DNA of 63,577 nt, the filler included, from Lenisia limosa (Eukaryota; Protista; Breviatea), in assembly GCA_001655205.1 (NCBI GenBank). It is 13 parts of 13 records of this genome, joined end to end, with 100 filler letters (N's around TTAATTAATTAA, not from the genome) between each part and the next. Parts side by side here need not be neighbours in the genome. Positions count along the whole stretch, not along the records: positions 1 to 12,862 come from LPNZ01011406.1; positions 12,963 to 18,027 come from LPNZ01004491.1; positions 18,128 to 26,939 come from LPNZ01008992.1; 10 more parts are not named here. One strand, given 5' to 3'. Positions 12,468-25,000 of the stretch are shown one piece after another (the first letter of the stretch is position 1; every line of letters starts with the position of its first letter). Below the pieces are notes generated by a model. The model was not told the origin of the DNA, did no database searches, and was given only the letters and a program-made list of their open reading frames with translations. The position numbers and the translations under genes are program-made.

Positions 12468-12862
12468 CTCCTATATATATGCTCGAGGTCCTAAACTATG
12501 TCGTTAATTCAATTTTCTGTGACTGTCTCTTTTTTCTGTTACGGTCAACTTCACAACAATTTAACTCGTAAAAAAGGACATATTATGAGAAAAATGCGAG
12601 CATAAACTGAAAAAAATTGCGCGAGCGTGGCGCTAAAAAAAATTAAATTTCCAGGATAAAGTGCTGATCTTGCAAAAAAAGAATTGTGAAAGGTTATATT
12701 TTTCTTTTTTTTTCGTTCATAAACAAATCAAGTGTGTATATCTCAGAAATATATTACTGTTTTGAAGAGGAATAGCAGATTTGGCGACCGTAAATAGTTA
12801 ACAACATTAATTTGAAATAACGACATTTTTTGTATATTTTTCGTTGTTTCCCTCTCAAAATG

Positions 12863-12962
12863 NNNNNNNNNNNNNNNNNNNNNNNNNNNNNNNNNNNNNN
12901 NNNNNNTTAATTAATTAANNNNNNNNNNNNNNNNNNNNNNNNNNNNNNNNNNNNNNNNNNNN
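12863..12962. other. Artificial scaffold-joining linker N44-TTAATTAATTAA-N44 (first of 12)
   Basis: Identical 100-nt six-frame-stop spacer also at 18028, 26940, 32278, 35686, 40938, 45080, 49488, 52333, 58615, 60044 and 62088. Confidence 0.97.
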
Positions 12963-13038
12963 TATATAATTGGCCACTTTGCCTTGTACTCTACATTTTT
13001 TATTTCTAGTACTAAAACTATGAGAAAAAATTCCAACC

Positions 13039-15503
13039 TGCAGCTTCTCTACCAGGTCCGAAACATTAATAGCAGCTTTACGCGCGTCAGCTTCACGTGA
13101 GCGCGCAGATTCGAAAATATCAGCTGCTGCAGACTACAGAGGAAAATAACACAATAGTGCAATTCCCATATGCAATACTCATACCCAACGCAAAACTAAG
13201 AATTTATCTTTGAAGAAGAAAACACATTTCATACAGTTTAATTATTGCGGTACAATACAATACGTGAAAGTTTTTAACAACCCAATTTCCCCTTTTGTCG
13301 TCAGACGTACCTTGTCGGCTTCTAATCGCTGCTTCTCTGTATTAAGATGAGCTTCTCTCTGCTCAATATCACCTTGCATGGTAGTGACACTGCTTGTGTA
13401 AGGTGTGGGTAGATAGAAGAAATAAGTTCACCCCCCCCCCCCCGAAAAAAAAAANNNNNNNNNNNNNNNNNNNNNNNNNNNNNNNNNNNNNNNNNNNNNN
13501 NNNNNNNNNNNNNNNNNNNNNNNNNNNNNNNNNNNNNNNNNNNNNNNNNNNNNNNNNNNNNNNNNNNNNNNNNNNNTGCGCTGTTGTTCCCAGCACCCAC
13601 GTGTCAAGAGCCTCCATAGCCCTTTGTAGCGTTGCGTTGACCTGTTCTCTGTCATGCTTGACCTGGGCCTTTTCCCGTTCGAGTTCAGCTCGGAAGGTTG
13701 CAAGGAGCTGGGCCTCTTCCTTGTTCTAAGTATGGTTATGCAGAATATATTATGAGGTACGTAGTGAACTGAACATGGGGCAGGGGGTTATGCGAACCAA
13801 GAAACCCCAAACTTTCTGATAAGACTCCTTGGCTTGCTTGGTATATTTTTCGTCAACATGTTTGGCAGTTCGCAGGGCTTTCTCTTGTTCCCTTAACTGG
13901 GCATCTTTGGCAACAATCTTGATAGTAAGGGTGCGTGGGTGAGTGAATATAGTTATTTGCTACAAACTACAAGGAGAAACTCCTTGTTGTCTTCATAATT
14001 TGAGCAACACAAATCCCTCCATCTGAAAAAAACTATTTATACACAAGCTTTTCAATCCACCCACCATTTCATTGAGGTTTGCAACGCGTTGATCACCATC
14101 TTTCTGGTCAAGAGCAATGTGGTCTTCCAGGGTTCGGATACGCTGGGTCATAACAGAGAGGGCGGCCTGTTGAGAGGCTACAGTTGCCGATGAGGCTTCC
14201 AACATTGTTTTCACCTTCTCAAGGCGCTTTCCATCGTCATCTGCATAGTTAGGATACTTACTGAATAAAACCCCCTACTTTGCGCAATACGATGCAAATT
14301 AGCTCTTTGCTGGTCTAACAAAGCTGCCCGTTCATCGTTCCATCTTTGACTAGAGCAATAAGGGGAAACAATGGGAGGGTTGGGGTGGAATGGAAACTTG
14401 AACCAAAAATACACAATAAGAGGATAAGAATCATAATCCATACCGCTCAATTGAAAAAGCCTGCTCAACTGAATGCCTCCATCGATCATTTTCAACCAAA
14501 GCCCTGATCCGTCAGAGCCAAGTGAGGTAATAAGAGCATCTAGGAGTACAATAATACCCCATTTCTGTTTTATCTTCAATATGAATATTTTGATCTATTG
14601 AAATGCCTAGTAGTGCTTCATTATGTGCTCAAACTGACTGAATTCCTACATAACTTCTTTTTTGAAAAGAAGTGATTTGCCGTGATTTGCCGCTACTAAC
14701 CCCACGATGAAAAATCAGCTTGAAGTGCGGCAGTGCTCTTTGGGTAAGGTTTCTGGGGGTGAGCGTAGGGATCTGAAGGGTGTGGGTCGGGGCGAGCTTC
14801 ACGAGCTGGGATGGAGAACGTCCGCTATTTCGGTAAATTTGCAGTAAACCCTACTCACAGAAATAGATACATATTTATGATATCAACATTTTTTTACCAC
14901 CAAAATATGAGAGAACTTACCTCATTCGCTGGGGAGTTCCGACTACTTGCGTATGAAGACGGGAGAAGGTGGGATTGTTGATTCAGAAACACATCACGGC
15001 CAGAAGCAGAGAGGCTACACGAGTTGATGCGAATAATAAAAGCAAACACATGGAATTAGGATGCATTATGTGGTTGAAATCGAGAGGAAAAGAACTAATT
15101 GTGGGGAACCAAAGAGCAACTCTGAAAATCACATACAATACCAAATTAAGCCCATATCAGGAAAACCAGCCATCCTTTTGCCCATTAAACCAACAGAAAA
15201 ATATTAAGACTCTTCATCAACCAAAACTTAGCTTTTGGACAAAATATGACAAATTCCAAATTCCAAAGTGAATATGAAAAACCTCAACATCAGAGGCAAC
15301 ATCGCAACCCACTTTTGAAGGCCAGGGCTGGCATAGCTGCGGGACGAAGATGGTGGCGCTGAGGGTTGTGGAGAACGAGAAACAATTGGGGATACGTATT
15401 GCTGGTGTTGCAGAAGATTGGGCCGTGGTGGAACTGGGGATTGCCGAGATCTTGCTCTTGCAACTGCCGAAGACAGACGGGGATCGTCGCGGGGTGTGTA
15501 CAT
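13039..15503 (-). CDS. Hypothetical coiled-coil protein with Ser/Pro-rich N-terminus, multi-exon, 3' truncated
   Basis: Exons MYTPRDDPRLSSAVARARSRQSP.., KTMLEASSATVASQQAALSVMTQRIRTLE.., KEEAQLLATFRAELEREKAQVKHDREQ.., MQGDIEQREAHLNTEKQRLEADK with GT-AG boundaries. Confidence 0.65.
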
Positions 15504-15904
15504 CGGGTTGTTGATTGGCTATTTTAGTCCATGATGCAAAGAAAAGAGCCAAAGGTGCTTAGAATACTGCTACACAAGAAGTTCTTCCAGCAAAAAGAAA
15601 GTGTTTTGCTTAAAAAGCTAATTCACCAAAAGAATTCGAAACTATTTCAAAAATATGATGGTTTCTGAGCCCCATTGACGTTAATCAAAAAACGCGCGTC
15701 TTTTATATTACACTTATTACACTGTAAACAAGAGTATAAAAGTTGGTTTTTTTAAAAAAAAATTCCTCTGTTTCCCCCTTAAATTCTGTATACGCTCAAT
15801 CATAGCACATTATTAGGTAAAACTATTGACAAGGAGTAAATGTTGTAATTTTAAACCCAGACAAGAACGTTATTGACCAGTCCTACATTTAAACACAACT
15901 CAAA
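15504..15904. promoter_or_regulatory. Probable bidirectional promoter between the coiled-coil gene and PP2A
   Basis: Divergent ATGs ~400 bp apart; AT-rich with one isolated ACGCGCGT motif near 15693. Confidence 0.45.
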
Positions 15905-17705
15905 ATGGTAGTTCATGATTATGGAGACTTAGATGCGAAAATTGAGAGACTTAAGGACTGCAAACATCTCACTGAACCCGAGGTGAAGGCGATCTGCGAG
16001 CAGGTATGGCATTATGTGACAATTATAACGTTATCTACACAGGTTCGAGAAATTTTAATTGAAGAGAGCAATGTCCAAGCAGTTCCTTGTCCTGTTACGG
16101 TAAGTTTTTTTTTTCTTGGCGCTGATTTTGACGTTTATTTAGATTTGTGGTGATATCCATGGCCAGTTCCATGACCTTTCAGAGCTGAGACGAATTGGAG
16201 GAGAGGTATTTCTGAGCGTTTCTTCTTCAAAATGCTTACTTTTGTGTAGTGTCCCAATACTAATTACCTTTTCATGGGAGATTACGTCGATCGCGGTTAT
16301 TACTCCGTAAGCAAGGGTGCCGTCCACCTTTAAAACGTCTGTTCGCACGTGTTTTCGTGTTCACAAGCCTTAAACTGATGCATTTGCAGGTCGAGACTGT
16401 TTCACTCCTCATCACCCTGAAGCTTCGTTACCGCAACAGAATCACAATCCTTCGTGGAAACCACGAGTCAAGGCAAATTACCCAGGTTAGTGGAATACTC
16501 ACGAAAGCGGGGTGTTGTTCACGATGTTGCTATCATTCGATTCGATCTGTTGAAGGGCGCTTTTGAAATATGGATTTTGGGTCAGGGAAATGTTTTGACA
16601 GGGCGACAGGGCAATGAGAAAATAAATAGCTTTGAAAAACTTTGACGTTCATCTATTTTAATGTATTGAGAAAGTCTTGTTTAAAGCTGTTGTTCTCAAC
16701 AGTGTCTACCCATTCTCTTGCTGAATAGATTGTTTCCTTGGTTGACAACAATTCTTCTCATACTGGGTACAGGAACCAGGTCCTTCGTACTGTTTCCACT
16801 TGTTTCTGTTTTCTTATGTTAGTGAATACAATAATACCCCGCTCTGATAAAGATAATCTTTTGTAACACTCTCAGTAGAGTCTGAAGGGGATTTCATGAC
16901 TTACCCCCCCCCCCCNNNNNNNNNNNNNNNNNNNNNNNNNNNNNNNNNNNNNNAATGTGTGGAAGTACTTCACTGACCTCTTCGACTACCTTCCCCTCAC
17001 CGCCCTTGTTGACAACCAGGTTTGTGGGCGATAAACACCATTCTCATGGATAGTATTGCATTTATTGTTATTATTATTATTGTTGTTGTTGTTGTTGTTG
17101 TTGCTCTGACTTTGTCTTTGCATTGGTGTCCCTGACCACTGCAGATCTTCTGCATGCACGGTGGCCTCTCCCCCTCCCTCGACACCCTCGACCACATCCG
17201 CTCCCTCGACCGCATCCAAGAAGTCCCCCACGAAGGCCCCATGTGCGACTTGCTCTGGTCCGACCCCGACGACAGGTTTGCGGGGAGGGGGCTGTTAGCC
17301 GCTCTATTTTACCATACCCTTTTGAGTATATTCTTGCCTTTGGCTGCATTCTTTTACCCCCTAGATCTGGCTGGGGTATCTCGCCAAGAGGAGCCGGGTA
17401 CACCTTCGGCCACGATATCAGTGAACAGTTCAATCACAACAATGGGCTTCGTTTGGTGTCTCGCGCACATCAGCTCGTTATGGAGGTGTGAGGAGTGTTG
17501 TCTTTTAAACATGTTTTTTTCTGTTTTTTTTTCGGATTTGGCCAAGTAATGTGATGATGCTGATCCTACTGCGATTTACCCTCCAGGGCTACAACTGGTC
17601 ACACGAGCGCCACGTTGTGACCATCTTCTCTGCACCAAATTACTGTTATCGTTGCGGCAACCAGGCTGCTATCCTTGAGGTGGACGAGCACATGGGCTTC
17701 AACTT
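15905..17705 (+). CDS. PPP2C: Serine/threonine protein phosphatase 2A catalytic subunit; part of one exon lies in an N gap and the last exon is missing
   Basis: [95 protein letters not shown]. Confidence 0.95.
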
Positions 17706-17920
17706 GTAAGTGGATTTCTCTGTACGTAAAATTGTTTCGTATATTATACTCAGATTGAAAACCCTCTTGTCATTTTTTTGTTGTCTTTATATAATATCTC
17801 AACCTGGAAGAGTAGTGCAATAGGCACGTTCGACTCTACTTTTATCTTGAGTTATTTTCCTTCTGGACTGGGCTTTATTCCTTGTTCTTTGTTTTTTTGG
17901 TATTTCACCGAGTGATGGGA

Positions 17921-18027
17921 TGCGGTGCTGCGGAAGCGACTGGCCTTGGCTTGTTTGTTGTGTTGTTATCAACCCTTGTGTGTTGTTAGCCAACAGAGTT
18001 GATTTGGGGGTATTTTTTGTTTGTTGG
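17921..18027 (+). repeat. Intron-associated repeat B, in the last visible PP2A intron
   Basis: gtgatgggatgcggtgctgcggaagcgact...atcaacccttgtgtgttgttagccaacagagttgattt. Confidence 0.85.
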
Positions 18028-18696
18028 NNNNNNNNNNNNNNNNNNNNNNNNNNNNNNNNNNNNNNNNNNNNTTAATTAATTAANNNNNNNNNNNNNNNNN
18101 NNNNNNNNNNNNNNNNNNNNNNNNNNNAGAGTTGATCTTGTACTTTTTTTTGTTTCATAAATTTACCAATTATACTCCGCCCTATCCCCCTCTATTATCA
18201 TAAATACACAACCCCCCAATAATAGTAATTATAGTTAAAATAATAATAATAAAAATAATAATAACAATAATAATAATAACAATAAAAGTAATAGTAACAA
18301 TAAAAATAGTAATAGTAATTAAAAAATATTCTTCTCTTTTGCTCATAATATTTCAGCGTCGAAGCGGAGTAAACGAGGCGCCCAACTCCAGGGTTTGACC
18401 GGGCAATTGATTAGGGTAAACTATCTCACTGCTATATAATATTTAGGCCTTCCCTACATACATGTAATTACATATTTGTTTATAACTATCAATATTTATC
18501 ATAAATAGCCAGAGTCTTTGTAACCGATTCAGGACACCTTGGCGGTGTATTCAAAGAGCAGATCGCCTAGTCCTAACACTATGGTTTGGGGTGAGACGTG
18601 TAGTGACTTAGGCTACTATTAGCAATCAATACCAACAACCCGCCATTCTATCACCAAGCAATTTCATATTGTATGTGATCTGCAAAATTTTTTTGC

Positions 18697-18815
18697 TTCA
18701 GAACCGACTGGTCTGGGCTTTGTTTGTTTTGTTTTTATCAACCCTTGTGTCAGCTAACAGAGTTGATTTGGGGTTTTTTTATTTCATAAATATTCCAATT
18801 TTACTTTCCCCCCCT
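18697..18815 (+). repeat. Repeat B copy
   Basis: cgactggtctgggctttg...atcaacccttgtgtcagctaacagagttgatttgggg...ttcataaatattccaattttactttccccccc. Confidence 0.8.
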
Positions 18816-18845
18816 GGGTAAACACGTCTAATTAGTACATATAAT

Positions 18846-18947
18846 TAGGGCCTCACCTCTGGTTCCAAAAAGACAAGTAAAATATCGATATTTTTCGGGA
18901 ATTTATGTAAAAAAACTCGTCTTATTTCGAATCAAAGTGAAGCACTA
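18846..18947. mobile_element. hAT-type MITE
   Basis: TIRs tagggcctcac / gtgaagcacta; TSD catataat / catataaa. Confidence 0.8.
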
Positions 18948-19032
18948 CATATAAATAATATGTGACATTGGATGTACTATAGTATATCATATGTAGTAAT
19001 AGTATGTATATTTGCGTCACCCCCCCCCCCAG

Positions 19033-22000
19033 AATAACACGTCATCGGTACAATCCTCACCAGGTCCCCATACTCCACGTTTTACTGCAACCATGAACTC
19101 CGCACTCCAATCTGCCCAGGTTTGGGATACTTCGCAACCAGGGATTCACTTCGGTTCGAAAAATACCGGTAAAATATCGATAGTTTTTGAGAAATTATTT
19201 AGAAATTCAATCTGTTTTTGAACCGATGTGAAGCCCTACTCGCAACCTTTTGAGGATATACAGTGGCTGGGAGAAGTCTTGACCTATATTCCTTTTGAAA
19301 TCACATAAGAACAAATCGGTCAAGAGTTTTCCAGGTCACATTGGAAAAGATCGCTAAACTACCGAAAAATATCGATGATTTATCGAAAAGTTCACATTTT
19401 CTAGACCGCAGTCACGTATTCATACCCACTTCATTCATATTGCTGTGTGTTCTCCTCTTCTTAATAGCGTTTTGAAGAGGCGCACTATTTTTTGTNNNNN
19501 NNNNNNNNNNNNNNNNNNNNNNNNNNNNNNNNNNNNNNNNNNNNNNNNNNNNNNNNNNNNNNNNNNNNTGTTTTTGTTTTTGTTTCCTGTTTTTTTCTAG
19601 TTTTAGCGTTGGTTGCTCGTGTTTGTTATGCTTGTTTTTGATTTTTATTTAATTTTGAGTTTCAGATTATTCGGTTCGTGTTTCGTGATGTAGTACCTTT
19701 ACTTCAATATTCTTCATCGAATATTCCTTCGTTTTACCCCCACCCCCCAGAAAGTCCTCAATCCGGGCCGGGTATCGGAAGGCGAAGCTTCCGACAGTTC
19801 TGACAGTTCCGACGACGATTCCCTCATTTCAAACAGCGGGGGGACTACTCACTCCGGGGAGGGAATTGGAGGTGGGAGGAGGGGAATTGGATAGATTTGG
19901 AGACATTATTTTTTCTGAATTCTAGATGTTCGAAAATTATCAAAAATTTACGAGTCTTTTTGTGACCGGAGAGAAGCCCTAACTCCCAGGTCTCTCTTTC
20001 ACCTCCCGGGTCTATCTTTTACCTCCCAGGTACCCCGGGGAAAACTCCGAAAAGTGTTGGCCAGGTTGCCTTGAGACTTGTTGCCCACCGCCAACGTCGA
20101 AGGTACCCGGGGATTTAGGAGGATTTTTTTCGGAATTTTGGGGAATTTTGGGGATTTGCGGTGATTTAGGTACGGGGGTTGGGGGAGGGGAATTTTGGAG
20201 AATTTGGGAGGTTTAAGTGGGAGGCAAGTTTCACTAGGATGTTTTAGAGTTTGTCAGAAATGGTGTAATAGTTGAAATATTGTTTCAACTTAATATTAAT
20301 TTACTCAAAACATTTTCCTTACAACTACAATATTTGCACATAGTATGCGTGCCTCCTCAGCATAACACAGTGTGCATAACGTTATTGCACATAAATACTC
20401 TAACTACCTTCTATGTGATAGTACTGTGACATTGACACTCCCTTTAGGTCTAGAGGAACAGAGGATACACTGTCACTCTCCCTTGCACATGCAGATATGG
20501 CTGAAATGAAAGCCCATGTTAAGGTAAGGGGGTTGAAATGAAAGCACCCTCAAAGTGTTATCTGATCAAAGGCAGAGTTTTACTCGGGGCTTTTTGTTTT
20601 GTTTCGTAAATTTCCCCATTTTACTCCCCCCCCCCCCNNNNNNNNNNNNNNNNNNNNNNNNNNNNNNNNNNNNNNNNNNNNNNNNNNNNNNNNNNNNNNN
20701 NNNNNNNNNNNNNNNNNNNNNNNNNNNNNNNNNNNNNNNNNNNNNNNNNNGAAAAAACCGACAAACTGGAGAGACTTAAAATCAGAGAAAGGGTGGGTCT
20801 CTTGACAAAATTTTCGAAATGGGCATAATATGAAAAGAAGTATTATCTTTATTTAGTGTTCTCGTTATAAGCTAGACATAAATAAACAAAATGATCCTAT
20901 AATCCAATATCTCTCTTAAGCATATGGTGTGGACGGCTTCCGCCAGATACAACGTTGTTTTATATTTCATCTAGTGTGTCAGATGGACATATGATATAGT
21001 GGAGGGGGATAGTACAAAAAATATTGACCCCAAGTTGACAAGAATACTGAATTTCGATAAATCCTCGAAAAATCATCAAAATACTTAGTTGTACTGTTTT
21101 ATTTCTTGGATTATCTTGTCATAAAAAATAAATCTGATATGATATGGTATCATAATATGATACATTGAAACGAGTTCGAAGAATTAAGTCCAATTGTTGG
21201 ATAGGAACTTGTAATTATTGTAGTTCCCTTTGTTTCAGAATCCAATGTTGTTTGTTTATATATTTAGTAGTCATAATAAATCCATTTAATTGTCATAATT
21301 AATCACTCACCGAGACAGCAATTTCGAGTGAACCAAAATCGAAGAGGTGTCCAAACGGGTCCTGATGTATGCTTTATTTTTGGGGGGGGAAGTACTTTGT
21401 TTTATTATATTGGATTGAAATTGTTTTTTGATTCGGGTTTTTTTTTTACCATTTTCACTCCTCATCGTGCCCCCAGATTCCCGCCATTTGTGCATATTGT
21501 CGATCAGACAAAAGCCGGTACCGAGACGAGGTCAAAGAACTCAAAGCAAAAGTGGGCTTTTTTTACACTGTGACCGGGTTAAAAGTCTTGACCGATTTTC
21601 TATGTGATTTCCTCAGGAAAATCGGTCAAGGCTTATCCCGGTCACTGTTTATCGTACACAATATGAAGCTATAATAGTACCCACCGACATACATACACCC
21701 ACCAATAAATAACCTTACCTGTGGGCTTTTTCTAATATCAATAGGGCTTCCTTACGGGACGAAAAGGATCGTTAAAATATCGATATTTTTCGAGGATTTA
21801 TCGAGATATTCAGGCTTTTTTTGGGACCGTATGAAGCCCTAAATATTTTCAAATACAACCACCATATTCCTTGAGGGTGAGCGAAAGACAAATAGTTGTC
21901 TTGTATATATAATACATGGCTTCATTTTGAGCCAGAAAATGACTGAAAATCTCGATAAATGATCGATATTTTTCGATATTTTGCCGATCGCTTTCGTACC

Positions 22001-25000
22001 AGAGTATAGAAACCCACATAGTTCCTATGAATTACCTTTTTCAGCACAAAGAGCAGTTGAAAGCAATGAGAAAACAGTATCGTTGGGCGCTGCATCAAGT
22101 TGACCTCGAGTGCACCCTGGCTGAAGATGCGGTNNNNNNNNNNNNNNNNNNNNNNNNNNNNNNNNNNNNNNNNNNNNNNNNNNNNNNNNNNNNNNNNNNN
22201 NNNNNNNNNNNNNNNNNNNNNNAAACAAATTATAATTTAGTAGGATTGTTTTGAACAATACATAGGAAGGGGGAGTGGGGGGTATTGACATGGTGGTGGA
22301 GTGAGGGGTTGAAAGAAAACCAATATGGTAATATGATGTCTGGGATACCAATATTGATGGGATGATATGAGGGCGGTACCAGTATTAATGGGATACTACT
22401 TGAGAGACAAGTAAGGGGTGGGGGGATTAGGGCTTCACTTCGGTTCAAAAAAAAGGCTGAATTTCTAGATAAATCCTCGAAAACTATCGATAATTCCCCG
22501 GTATTTTTCGAACCGAAGTGAAGCCCTAGGGTGGATAGATGAAAATAAGTGTAAAAACCAGGAATATTACTTCCAAAGAATATTTGACGGTTTGGGGTAG
22601 AGGTATGGATAAATATGGAATGCATATTCCTGAGTGGAAAAGGACTAATACTCACAAAGATGCGAAATGACCCATAAAGTGATACGATATTCCATTTTTA
22701 ACATTTTAGGAAATCTTTAACCTTCGACAAGACATCTCAGCTTTTGGTAAATGGGTTTTTTTTGCTTTTACATTATTTTTTATTGTTTTAAATATTGAAC
22801 TCAACACTATATCATAGATCATATAGCATTGAGAAATGAAAAACAAGGTTGTATCTGGACGAGTTCGTCCACATATCACGCTTATAAAAGGTATTGAATT
22901 GTAGTATAATTCACCCAATCATTTGCCTTACAACTCTGTGCACACAGCTTTCTGCGTGCCTCCCCAGCATACCTTACAATATAGGTCAGGAACTCGCAAG
23001 AGCGTCAGCTCAACTGCCTTTTCACCCCCCTCAAGTACGCTGGAGAGTGATGGGTGCGGTGCAGAAGCGTCTGGGCTTTGTTTTGTTTTCAACCTATTGA
23101 TAGCTGATTTCGGGCTGTATTGTCCAGTTCCCCCCCCCCCCCCNNNNNNNNNNNNNNNNNNNNNNNNNNNNNNNNNNNNNNNNNNNNNNNNNNNNNNNNN
23201 NNNNNNNNNNNNNNNNNNNNNNNNNNNNNNNNNNNNNNNNNNNNNNNNNNNNNNNNNNNNNNNNNNNNNNNNNNNNNNNNNNNNNNNNNNNNNNNNNNNN
23301 NNTTTTTTGTTTCATAAATTTTCCAATTTTTGGTTTTATTATTGTGAACAAGAGAAAACATTAACAAATAAATACATAGGGATACCATAAACAGATTGGA
23401 ATGATGGGATGAGTACATTTACGCCAATATTCTTCATCAAAATATTCTTCGTTTTGTAGCTGCCGTGCTGGAATGTGGTGGGGCTGTGTTCATCTTGTGT
23501 TCAACCCCTTCCCAAAATACTAAGCCAACAGATTCTGGGTTTTTACAAATTTCAAAAATTTTCCATATTTACGGTGTTCCAAAGAAATTTACCTGCTAAT
23601 CATAAAGGATGTCGCTTCGAAAGTACAAGTACTCAGAAGGACTCAGTACCCTGTAAGCCAAACCTCCACTCTAAATGAGAATATAGCCTCACCTTTTTCA
23701 GCGTGCATCCCCCCCACCCCCACCCGCAGCATACAATAGTGGAAATGACGTCTTTTTGCAAACTTAATCCATCATTAGGACTTCATCATAATGTAGCGTC
23801 ACATTTTTCAGCTCCTTCGAGGCAACGCTCTGGCAAATTGGGCTGTTCTGACTAATAAACTCCTTGGCAAAGGAAACCCGTTTCACATGCACTCGGTGCT
23901 ACTCCATCAGGATTCAATGGTGGGATCTACATATCATATCTTATATACAGGCATACTAAATATAGAGATGATAAATACGTGTAGCACTTTTTGGGTTATT
24001 TTCAAACGTTATTTTCACACATTTGAAGTACAGTTCCCTCATAGTGATGCATGCATATCCACTCGTATAATAGGTAACTGACAAGTTTCAATGATGCACA
24101 ATACTCTGGCTGCGATGTGTGCTGAAACGATTGACTAAAGATAAAGCTCATATGCGTGTCAGGACTTATCGTGGCCACTACATATCATGTTTTTTTACGG
24201 TTATAGCGTGATCCAGATTACGCGATTCACTATCGTTTTTCGATTCATTATCGTTTTTCGATTCACTATCGTTTTTTGATAGTTTTCGGATCTTTTCGAA
24301 CCTAAGCGAAGCCTTCCTAATATCTTGGGCTTCACTTCAGTTCGAAAAAGACTGGTAAAATAGAGATAGTTTTCGAGGATTTATCGAGATATTCAGTACC
24401 AAAGTGAAGCCCTAGATATATGGTTTAACACCAGTACGAAAGATATTGGTAAACTATCGAAATTTATAGATGATTTATCGAAATATATAGTAGATGATTT
24501 ATCTATAAATCTAGTGATTTTCTGGATCGGAGTGAATTTCTTACTTATATCATACAGTCCGCGTACGCACAACCAGCAGCATCGGCAGGAGGCAAAATCA
24601 GCCCATGTCCTCATACCTCTGTTGATGGTACTCTAGCGTGAGAGGGGGGGGGTTATTCTGCCTGCGAATTATTGTACGTGTGTTTGGGAGAAGAAGGTAC
24701 GCATGGCTAAAACAAGTTTGTTTCAAATAGAGACTATCCCTCCCTTCTCGTTTCAAATTTAATATTCCACCAAACACTATCAGCCTCATATCCCCCTAAA
24801 ATTGGAAAATTATTGGGGGGGGGGGAACCATATCAGCAGGTAAAACGAAGGAAACTTCGATAAAGAGTATTGATAAATTATAATAGNNNNNNNNNNNNNN
24901 NNNNNNNNNNNNNNNNNNNNNNNNNNNNNNNNNNNNNNNNNNNNNNNNNNNNNNNNNNNNNNNNNNNNNNNNNNNNNNNNNNNNNNNNNNNNNNNNNNNN

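Noticed and set aside
12907-12918. Regularly recurring TTAATTAATTAA palindrome as a CRISPR-like repeat or recombination site
   Set aside because: Always centred in exactly 100 nt of N padding; it is a six-frame-stop assembly linker.
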